NCBI GenBank assembly: GCA_001179505.1
Contig: CDMY01000201.1
Coordinates: 62,001-126,000, forward strand
Origin: Vitrella brassicaformis CCMP3155
Lineage: Eukaryota; Protista; Chromerida
Reading direction: 5' to 3'
Length of the DNA stretch: 64,000 nt
Shown here: piece after piece, positions 51,108 through 61,999 of the stretch
Numbering within the stretch: the stretch's first letter is position 1
How the letters are laid out: each line of letters begins with the position of its first letter
Program-made: the position numbers and the translations under genes
Notes under the pieces: generated by a model
Told to the model about the DNA's origin: nothing
What the model saw: only the letters and a program-made list of their open reading frames with translations
Database searches by the model: none

Positions 51108-52637
51108 ATGGACCGGTTGCTGCTGCATTGCGTCGTCGGTGCGCCCATCACAGGCTTCCTCGTCACACGCAAATCTGAACGATGGAAAAACATAGGTAGG
51201 TGTGTCAGGCCGATCTGCAAGCACAACACAGCAGACGGACGGGTGATTCCTTTTCTCTCTCTCCGTGTGCGTGTGTGTGTGTGATTGTGTGTGCGCAGCG
51301 TTGGTAGCCGCGGTGGTGTTTGTGGTCGCGCTGGGGTGGATGGAGGTAAGCAAACAAGGAAGCCACACGGGCGCGTCCAGGTCTGCCATCCATCCATCAT
51401 GTCGTGGGGTGTGTGTGTCTGTGTGTGTGAATGTGTCCACCAGACGTACAAGGAGACGGCCAATTTGTACGACATGCTGGGCATCCCCGTGGGGTCCGAC
51501 CAGCGGGTCGTCTACCAGGCATGGAGAAGACACTCCCAGATGTACCACCCGGTGAGCCAGTCAGCGAGCGGGTGAGCGAGCCGAGGCAAGACGAGGCGTG
51601 TTATGAGTCCATGCGTGGCGGTGCCTGTAGGACAAGAACAGCAGCCCTGAAGCGCAGGAGTTCTACTACTACCTCAAGAAGGTAAGGTGTGATATGCGAT
51701 GGATGCGCCCAACACACGGACGGACCCAGAACGGCCTGCTGACTGATTCCTGTGTGTGGTGTGGTGTGTGTGGCTGTGTGTGGGTGTGTGTGGGTGTGTT
51801 GTGTTCAGGCGTATGAGACGCTGTCCAACAACGTCCTCAAGAGCAACTATAACCGGTTTGGAGACTACAACGACGGTCAGTCAGTGACGGAGTGAGGGAG
51901 TGAGTGAGCGCCAACCAATCCAATCCAGTGCACTCTCCACCTCACCTGTGGGCTGGGCCGTGTGCTGTGTGTCATGCACACAACACAGGTCACGTGACGG
52001 ACGAGACCTCCCAGACGATCGTGATGCTCAGCTTCGTCTCCTACCTCCTGCTCTTCTCCGTCGGCTGCCTCCTCACACTTGCTAAACCCATCCAATTCGC
52101 CAGACAAGTCCGTTGGCCGGGCGGACATCAGATGGATGTGGCACTCCGGGGCACATAGGACGAAGGTTATGTGTTCGTGTTGGGATGTGTGCAGATCTTT
52201 CTGGTGTATGTCGTGGCTGCATTCTGTCTTGAGCTGAATCTTCGGTTCGTGGAGGACGATGGGTCGATCCCCATGCTGCAGCACCTCCTGCCCTTCGAAA
52301 AGATACTCGTGAGCCCACTCCACCGATGTGGCCACATACACACAAATAATAGACGGCGGCTGTGCTGTCTTGCTTGCTTTGTGTTGTGTTGTGTTGTGTT
52401 GTGTGTCAGTTGATGCGCCAAATGTTCCCATCGGTCATGTGTGCGGCCATGATCTTGTCGAGCTTCCTGTATGTTGACCAGGACTCGATCAACCAGCAGC
52501 TCTACACGGGGGTCGTGCAGAGCAACGTGCGCATCTTCAACTGCGTCAGCACACTCAGCATGCACAGAGACAAAACCGGTGCGGGGCGCCCACACCCCAC
52601 ACCCTCACACACCCTCACACACCACACCGCTCGGTCT

Positions 52638-52668
<31 letters not shown>

Positions 52669-53299
52669 GTTCCCTCCTGTCAATCAAGCAGGTCTGTTCG
52701 GGCAGCAGAGGAAGAAGGGCGCCCCCCCATCGACAGCCAACCTGCCGGCGGCGAGCGAGAAGGGCCCAGGGAAGATCAAGAAGCGGACCACGGGCAGCGT
52801 GAGCAGGAGCGACGTTGTCACGGGAGGAGACAACAGGACAGCCGGCACCACCAGTGCCGACAACGCACAGGGAGGGGCGGGGGACGGCCCACAAGACTCC
52901 TTTGCGGTGAGTGAGTCGGTGACTGGATGGGGATGGGGGGGTGGGTGCGTCGGGGGTGGGGTGCACAGACACGGTTGTATCATGCCTCTGTGTGTGGATT
53001 GGATGTGTGTGTCAGTCGTTCTCGAAAGGCATGAACGAGGAACTGAGAGGCAAGCTGGACACCGTGCTGCTGAAATCGGTCAGCCATTGCGTGGGCTGGG
53101 TGCACTCTGCACTCACTCTTGACGCACGTGGCCTGGCCTAACTGTGGCGGTTGTTTGTGTTTGGTTTGTTTGCTTGGGTGCGGCGCAGGCGCAGGCTGCG
53201 ACGGGTCAGAACGCGCAGCAGGGGAGCGGCCAGCCCAACATGATGCAGATCGCATTCTGGGTGCTCATCTTCCTCGTCTACTGGACAAGCTCGAAATGA
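51108..53299 (+). CDS. Membrane-bound DnaJ (J-domain) co-chaperone with several transmembrane segments
   Basis: J-domain NLYDMLGIP..VYQAWRRHSQMYHP/DKN..YLKK/AYETLSNNVLKSNYNRFG, with HPD restored across an intron. Hydrophobic segments lie before and after it, plus a C-terminal hydrophobic tail (IAFWVLIFLVYW). The start is inferred. Confidence 0.88.
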
Positions 53300-54002
53300 A
53301 TGAATGAGTGAATGAATGATGCGTGTGTGGGGGTGGGGGTTGGGGGAACGTGAGAGGGGTGAGAGTGACGCGATCGATCGCTTGGATGCTTGTTTGCACC
53401 GCACCGTAGGGATGGATGAGGACGCTCATGAAGGAAGCAAGGGAGGCAGACACACGGACACTGACAGACATGAGTAAACGAATGAAGCCACATATCACAC
53501 ATGGACATCAACACGCACACGCACACGAAGGCCATGTACTGGGTGGGTCGGTCGGTCCAACAGCCAAGTAGGCTTCCCCCGCCCGTCCCCCTCTCCCGCA
53601 GCATCGATATGGATGTGCTGTGCAGAGGGGGTGTGGTGCGGGCAGGGCTACATGACATGGGGGGGTGTGGGGGTCTGTCTGTCTGTCTGTCTGTCAGTCC
53701 TTCTGTCTTTTGGTCGGTGTGTCATTTGTCCGTGTGTGTCATGGCGTGGCGTGCACTGCACCCGTGGGTGGCTGTACACACGAGACTCCACATGAGTCGG
53801 TCTTGGGGGTAGGGATGGGGGTGGGACTGGGGCGGTGAAGCTGTCCGTCACACGAACGGACTCTGCCTTCGGTCAACTCTGCACACACATACACACACAT
53901 ACACACACACATACACACATCCACAGCAGCAGCCTCCCTCCCCCCCCTCCCCCCCACCCCCCCACCCCACACACACGCACCTTTATTGCTGTGTTTATGT
54001 GT

Positions 54003-56797
54003 TCATGTCTTGGCTAGGTTGAGTGTGGGGTCGGCGAGGTCGGTCACGAGCGGCCGCTGTGCCAGCATGAGGGGCGGGATCTGCTCGATGGTGTACATGG
54101 CCGAGGCGGGGATCACCTTGTGCACAGCCATCTCGTTCATGAAGGACTCGATCAACTCCACACCCTGCACACCATGTACCAAACACACACACACGCCATC
54201 ATGCTGACCATCCATCCATCCATCCGTCCACCTGCTGCAGTGTTTGGTAGCCGGACTGCTCGTAGCAGTGGACGGCGATGGTCTCCACCAGACGAGCAGA
54301 CAACCCGCGCCACTCAGACGAACTGACAGACAGTGCACAAACAACCAGCCACGGGTCGGATGCACCATGTCTCTCTCTCTCTCTCTCTTTCTGTCTGTGT
54401 GTGCGTGTTTGTGTCTCATTGAGCGGTGCGCTGTGCTGACCCGAGGGCACACCGCACCACAGACTTGACGATGTCGGGCTGGCGGACGAACAACTTGGCC
54501 TACAGGGAAATGGGGTATAATACGCGGGATGGGTGTGCTGTGTCTCACCCTCCTACCTGAGCGATGAGCAGCCCCGGTCGGTAGAAGTCCGCCAGAGCCC
54601 GCTCGGCCTCAAACATACCCTGGAGGGCAGTACACACACGACATCCTTCGCTGCGCCGCGCCCTCTCTGTCTCACTGCAAACTGTATAGCCAGGTGCTTA
54701 GGTGCGTCTGAACCTGCAGTGTGTCTTGGTAGTTCATGACGCAGCTCCAGAAGCACGCCGTCACGGGGCAACCCTCAACCTATACACACATCCACCCCAC
54801 CACTGCAGGCTATGTGTGTGGGGGGCGGATGCGCAGCGCATCCATAAGTACTGACTGTGAATTGTAGGTATGGCGATTTGACGGCCACCGAGTCGGCGTG
54901 CAGCTCCTTCGACTGCATGAGCTGCACGGCAGCCGGGCCCAACAACTTGGCTACATCCTACACACACACACACACGCACCTCTTTGTCTCTCCCCGTGTG
55001 TGTGGCGTCATCGTGTGTGCGTGTCACGTCACATGGATAGGGTGCATGATTTCCGATGTGATGAAGACGAGTCGGATGTGGGTGTCGTGTCCGATGATGG
55101 CCGTCTTCTTGGCGAATGACCCGCACTCCAACGTGTCCACTATGTGCACTGGCAGACTCGCGAAACACTCCAAACAACTCTACACACCACACCACCACAG
55201 GAGAGCAAGACAGCATGGCTGGATGGGGGTGTGGGTGTGTGTTGGTACCTTGACGATGCGCTCGATTTTCTGGCGGATGGCCTCTTCGAATGAGGGCGAC
55301 CACAGACGCTCATGCTGCCAGATGGGAGGAGGTGAATTGGTGGGTTGTGTGCCCATCCATCCATCCATCCACCGATTACCATTTTGTAGAGTGCGAGTTC
55401 TCTGTCGGCATCGGTAGTCTGCGGATACAACACCCCGATCTGCACACAGCACAAGACAACACAACACAACACAACCACATCCACCGTCCATCAAACACGC
55501 ACACGAAATGCTCTCACACATGGTGTTTGTTTCTTCTTCCATCAGATGCACCTGTGGGGAGTCTCCCGTCCCAACGCCCTTCTGCTGGCCGCCGGCAGAG
55601 CCACCCTTGGCAGCACCCACACCAACAACACCGCCAACCACAGAGCTACGCACCATCCCGCCCTTACCCTCACCCTCACACACACCCACACCCATACCCA
55701 CACCCCGCTCCCCACCACCACACACAACTCCTGCACACACACACACACGCACACACAAACAATTCATCCACACGCAGCCGTGAGTGTGTCTCCCCCTCCC
55801 TCCGCTCTCATCTCGGGGGGCCCACACCGACCCTTCTGCTCATGCGTCGTGTCCACGGCTGCCAGGTCGAGCGGCTCGAGGGAGGGGCCGTGCGTCTGCT
55901 GCCGACTGGGACCGGCAGCTGATGCTGATGTTGACGCAGACGCAGCCCCAGCCTGGGCCGGTGCGGATGAGGTGGACTTGCGGCCGGGCTTCTTATTGGC
56001 GGAGTTGGTGGCGGTGCTCTTCTTCTTGTTATTGCCGTTGCTGTTGCGGGGCTGCATGGGGGGCTTCACCGGGTGCACCTCGCCGTCAGACGACACACGC
56101 AGGCTGCAGACCAACACACAGAGAGAGAGGCCACACACATGGATGGGGTGTGGTGTGGTGCGCTAGTCGCGACAAGGTGTGGTTCGTTGTATGTGCACTA
56201 TACTGTTTGCAGTTGCGCGAGATGTACGTGGGCAAACTGACACCACACACACACAGATGGATGGATGGATGGATGGATGGATCCACAGGGGTAAAGGAAG
56301 ACCGTTCCCTCCCTGCCTCACCTCTCATCGATAAGCGATGAGATGGTGCGGTCGAACTTGTCCGAGAAGCGGCCGCGGAGGCTCGACAGCGACATGCTGC
56401 CACCCTCAGACCCAACGATCCGCTCCAACTCAACGCCCACGTTGAACGGCACGATACCAAAACCTACACACCACGCCACAAACCACACCATTGCAAACAC
56501 ACAAATGGACGGACGAATGCATCCACATTGCCCATGGCATTGCAGCCGCCGCCGCTGCCGCTGCCGCTGCCTACCTTCAGGTACGAGCTCTACGACCTTC
56601 TTGCCAGCTCCGAGATCTTCCACCATGAGTAGCTCCCCCTTGTCGACCGCCATGCTCTGCAGCAGGGAGCCGAAGTCCTCCGCCGAGGGCGGTGTGAGGC
56701 CGAACTGGCGCGTCCACATGGGTCCCAGCTGTGAGATGGGCGTGGCGCCGCTCTCCAGCAGCAACCACTCCAGGCGATTTTTCACCAACGACGCCAT
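54003..56797 (-). CDS. Two LOTUS/OST-HTH-like domains fused to a 2'-5'-oligoadenylate-synthetase-like (nucleotidyltransferase + OAS1_C-like) domain lacking the catalytic aspartates
   Basis: N-terminal winged-helix-like repeats LEWLLLESGATPISQLGPMWTRQFG and LERIVGSEGGSMSLSSLRGRFSDKFD. Spliced C-terminal half: ECGSFAKKTAIIGHDTHIRLVFI, KLFVRQPDIVKSVVRCAL, LSARLVETIAVHCYE, QRPLVTDLADPTLNLA. These are collinear with OAS motifs GSxxKxT..SDADLV, F..rP..lKsLIRLvK, YALELLTVYAWE and RPVILDPADPTGNL. Confidence 0.72.
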
Positions 56798-57032
56798 CGC
56801 AGGGGAGGGGAAGGGGGGAGGGGAGGAGGGGAGGGGGAGAGAATTGGATGAGAACGGGCGGCCGAGGAGCGATGCAGGACGTCGTGGCTTTCGAGGGGGA
56901 GCCTCAGGCATGTAAACGCATCGGCTGTAAACAAAGGTCGGCTCTTGTCTTACAGTGATAGTAATCAATCCACATTGCTGTACGACAGCGCCTAAATGAA
57001 CGCATCACCCCGCTGGTATCCCGCCTATTGCT

Positions 57033-58362
57033 CTACGCTTTCAGCCTGAAAGGCAACTCGAAGCCATCCGTCTCCCCGCTCCATCGTTGATCATCCCACC
57101 ACCACCTCGTCTCCTTCACAGCTGTGTCGCTTTCGTCATCCCACCATCGGTCGACCGCCGCAGGCTGGTGTAGCGTCTCGTCCAATGGCTCGGCTGGCAG
57201 CTCTTCCAGCGACTCTTTGATGGCGGCATTCTCATCCAACAGCTGATCCAACTTTTGCACACACATGCACGGCAAAAAAATCAGCCAGCCAAGTATGGCA
57301 CATTTGACCCGGCATCGTACCTTTTGTAAGCTCTCCAACTCCTTCCCTTGCAGCGACAGCTGCTCTTTCACCACCAGTAGCTGAACACATGTACGTGCGA
57401 GCATCGACTTGTATTATCTGATCTCTCTCGTTCTCGTTCTCCCTCCTCAGTCACTTTCACTGACCTCCTTGAGAGCAGCACTGTCCTCCAGGCCCCCACC
57501 GAAGGCCTGCGTGTCGACGGTGCTCTGGTGATGAAAGCTAAGTGAAGGCTTTGGCCGCTTTGCAACGGCTACAGCCTCGATTGTGTCGACCTGTAGCGCA
57601 GATCGGATAAATGCATGCAGAGAACCAACAGGCAGAGAAAGAGTGCCGAGCCATTAGCTATCGCATACATGCAATGAATGCGCACTTGCCTTCAGATCGG
57701 GGGACTGTGTTGCTCCGTGGGAGGGCTCGTGCTGCAGCATCCCGGCTGTGGGCATCACAGCTGGACGCCGAACGAGGGGAAGGGAAAACATGAGACACGA
57801 ATAAGCATCGATGCGTACCAGGAGATGGACATCCGGGGGTGCGTGCTCGTGTCTCTTTACCTGTTACATGTTTGGCGTGAGCGGTCTCCCTCTCGCCATG
57901 GGGCTCGGGATGGTCTTCTTCAATCGTCTCAAAGCGCTGAATAAACACACATCCAAGCAACACCATGCAGCACAATCAGACGGCCTGCATCGGGCGGAAG
58001 CTCCTCATAGTCCTCACCTTTTCTTCCTTCCAGCGGTCATGGGTGAACTTGTGGTCTTGTGCATCTCCGCCGAATGTGCTGTGTTGCCACCAGGAGCGTC
58101 GTATCTCGGGCTCATGGTGGAGCGTCGTATCTCGCTCCTCGCCTTCATCGATATGTGTCTCCTCCATTACCTGTATGATTGCCTCGAGCCTCTGCACATC
58201 AGCCTTGGCCTCGCCCAGCTCTCTGGCCCGCTGCTTCATTGCCGTCGACCGACAGCAAAGAGTCCACAGCAGCGCCACTGAGACGACGAGAAACACGGCC
58301 GCTCCAGCCACAGGGATGATCCACGCCTCGAGTGGATGCTCCCAAAAGGTAAGAGAGCCCAT
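57033..58362 (-). CDS. Small single-pass membrane protein with coiled coil (hypothetical, spliced)
   Basis: N-terminal TM segment WIIPVAGAAVFLVVSVALLWTLCC, heptads (KQRARELGEAKADVQRLEAIIQ; KLDQLLDENAAIKESLEEL) and a terminal exon ending FRLKA*. Internal exon structure is uncertain. Confidence 0.55.
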
Positions 58363-59018
58363 GACAGCCGGCCGTCAGAGCCCCTGGCCTTCTGGATGGA
58401 GCAGCACCTCGGCAGGGAGCACCAAACAAAGTGACCTGATGCGAGGCTGATGGATGAGTTCAGTCAAGACAGTCGAGCAACACGAAGGATGGAGGCTCCT
58501 GTGGACGAACATTTGCCGATTTTTTGCTTCTCTCCATTCTCCCCCCTCAGTTCGTTTCATGCGGAGCCCTATTCAACCGACAGAGGCTGATGCGTCTACT
58601 CAGAGCTGCCCTCCCTTTCATAAGCAGCCGGTGGTGACTGTGACATCGTTGCCATTCGCGCTCGAGGGTCGACGTCGTCAGCGTTTGGTTCATGCTTGAC
58701 GCGGCTCTCCCGAGCGAAATAGACTATGATCATAGCCTCCCTCACAACTCAGGTTGGCCACCGCACACACACAGGGTGGGGAGCCGACACATGCACCCGG
58801 GAAGGACAGTGGAGATCACGCACAAGACAAGACAGGAAGGCGTAGCTGGCGGGCAGCTGGGTGCGCGCGAAGAGGGGGAGTGGAGAGCAGACGGATGGCT
58901 CTTGAAGGCCGCCAGGGATGGGCGTGATGCATGCACTTTGCCGCCTGTGGTTGTTGGTGTCATGTAATGGTTCGGATGTCTCTGGTTGTGTGCTGTGTGT
59001 GCTGCGTTGTGTGTTCAG

Positions 59019-61834
59019 TGGCAACGAACGGTACAGCAGGATTCGCGAGCACACCCGGCAGCGGCTACAAGAAGCGCAAGATGGAGGAGCCTCCCCCCGG
59101 CAGACTCGAGGAGGTGCGACGGCTGATCTCACCTCTCTCAAAGGACCAACTCATCGACATACTCGCACGGGCCGCATCCGTCCACGACGATGTGTACAAG
59201 GAGGCCGAGGCTATCGTTTCAGAAAGCCCAGCCAGCAGGAGGCTCATGGTACGTATGGTCAGGTGGCACACCATATCAAACCATGCCACACACAACACAA
59301 GGTATTTCATACCTTCTTCTTCTTCTTCTTCTCCTTCTTCTCATTGTGTGTCTTTATTTGTTGTATGTCCGTCCCGTCCGTGTGTGTGTGTGTGTGTGTG
59401 TGTGTGATACATACCGTCAGATTCGCAATGTTGCGTTCAGCACGACGGACGAGTCGTTCAACAATCTGATCAAGACGTACGGCGAGGTGGACGATGCCGT
59501 GCTGGTGCGCGAGAGGGACGGCCGGTCCAAGGGCTTCGGCTTCGTCACCTACAAGGACCTCACATCAGTCAACCGCATCCTCAAGGACACCGTCCAGCTC
59601 GACGGACGGGAGCTGCTCATCAAACTCGCCGCAGACCCATATGGATCCAACGCAAGTCGGTGGCGGCACACACGCCTGCACGTGCCTGTGTCTGTGTCTG
59701 TGTCTGTGTTGTGTGATGTGTTGTGTGGTGGTTGGTGCTATCTGCAGAGACTCCGAATGAGGGCAAGAAGAAGCTGTTCATTCGGAATCTGAGCGACAAG
59801 ACGACCAAGGACTCGCTGGCCAACGCGTTCAGCCAGTTCGGCGACATAGAGGAAACCGTCATCGTACAAGACGTGCACGGAAAGTGAGTGAGCACACCAC
59901 ACACACAGATGACATCGGCCCTCCCATTTCATGCCATTTGTGTGGACGCTGTGATTGATGTCTGGCCTGGCAGGTCGAAGGGTTATGGTTTTGTGGTGTA
60001 CAGTCGCCCGGAGGACGCCATCCGGGCCGTGCAGCAACCACAGAGGATCGTAGATGGTCAGTCAGCACACTCACACACGAACCACTTACCACACCACACC
60101 ACACCACACACAATCCTCAGCCCCACACGGAGTGAGTGTACCCATCTTTCCTGTGTTGCGTGTGTGCGTTGGTGCATCCATCGATCAGGTCGTATGACGT
60201 TTGTGAGTTTCGCGGCGCTGGGCAAGAACGACCGTCACGTCCATGGTGGCGGCCCCGGCGCGCCCCACTTCGGCGGCGGCAGTCCAGGCGCCCCCCTCTC
60301 GTCAGGTGGATACTCACCCCTGCACTACTACCCCTATGCACAGCACCGACACACAGCGGCCATGCAAGGCCACATGGCCGCCGCTGCCATGGCCTACCAT
60401 CGCTACCCCACACACCCTCACACCATGCACCCAAGGGCCACAGGGCCGCCCGGCTTCCCCTACCAGCCACATCAGCCGGGTGGGTACGGCTACCCGCAGT
60501 ACCCCCACCCACACCAGTCGGGTGGCGACCACTCGCCATACGCCAAGGCCCACCCCCAGCCGCCCATCCACCACTCATCGGCCTACCGCACATACGGCGC
60601 ATACCTCGCCCAGCCCATGCCGCCCCCGGAGCACATGCGTGGCCGATTCGGGGGCCTCGCCGCGCCGCAGTACGGCCAGACGGGCGCCAGCGCGTCGCCC
60701 GGCGGTCGGGGAGGGGGCGGGACGGGCCAGGCCGGGTCGCCTGACACGAGGCGGGGCGGGAGGAACGCTCCCGTGCCACCGCCAGGCCAGCCCACCGGGC
60801 CGGGATCGCCGTACGCGACGCAGCACAACGGGACCCATTACAATGGACACACAGGTGCGCAAAGGGGCGGAGTGAGTGAGGGACACGGGATGGGAACCGG
60901 TAGATAGATAGGGTAGCCGTCGGTGGGTGCATAGAGATAGTGGCGTGCCGTATGACTCGTGCGTCCGATCGACCGTACGGCTGATGGATTGGATGTGGCC
61001 TGGCCGCGTTGTCTGTGTGTGTGGTTTGTCTGTGTGTCCGTCTGGTTTTGTGTGTTTGTTTGTGTGGTCTGGTTGTAGTGTGGGTGGCTGTGGCTGTGGC
61101 TGCATCGGCATGGGTGACGTGATGGCGTGGATGGCGTGGCTGGCGTATGGATGACCTGACCACACAACTTGACGGCAACTAGAAGAAGCAAGGGAGGGCG
61201 GGCTTGGGGGAGGGGACCGGCAATACCTCCACACACCTCACCCCACCTCACCACATCCATCCATCCATCCATCCATCCACACACATGACATTCCATCAAC
61301 CTGTATCGTGACACACGTGTATGCGATGCTGATGTTGCCTGCCTGCCTACCTGCCTCTCCCCCCCCTCCCTCCCTGCGTCTCATCTTCTCTCCCCCCTCT
61401 GCCTGGTGTTTGTGTGTGCTGTCGGTAGGAGCGGCGATGGGCGTTGCGATGGGTGGCCACTCGCCCGGCATGAGCATGATGGGGCCTCTGCAGGGCATGG
61501 GCTACTACAACTCGAGCGGCGCGGCGGCCAACGGCACGGCGGGTCTGACGTCGCACCAGATGGCGGGCGGGGGGCAGATGGGCGCCCACCACACGCAGCA
61601 CGGCGGCATGGCGGCCGCGCACTACGGCCATGCAGGCCAGATGGGGCAGCAGGTGGGCAGCATGGGGCAGCAGGGCCAGGTCGGGCAGATGCCTGGACCA
61701 CCACCACCCTACTACCAACAACAACAGCAGGTACGCATCGCATCAAACACATGGTGAGGGAGAGAGAGGAGGTCCTTCTATGCCTTCCTTCGTGTGTGGT
61801 GTGTTTGTGTTAGGCAGCTGGGTACCCAAGGTAG
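59019..61834 (+). CDS. Two-RRM RNA-binding protein, similar to plant UBP1-associated protein 2, with a His/Pro/Gly/Gln-rich tail; true start lies upstream (possibly 58692)
   Basis: N-terminal ISPLSKDQLIDILARAASVHDDV; RRM1 with RNP1 SKGFGFVTY; RRM2 with KLFIRNL and RNP1 SKGYGFVVY; last exon AAGYPR then TAG at 61832-61834. Confidence 0.88.
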
Positions 61835-61999
61835 CTCGATAGAGGCGGGGTTCGGGATGCCCGTCTGGGGATACATGAAGGGACAGGGAGAGAAAGGGCG
61901 TGCCTAATTAGCACACTGGCTCGTGAGTTAGTCACATACACACACACCACACAACACTGACACACGGACAGACGGACAGACAGACGGACGGACGGACGG

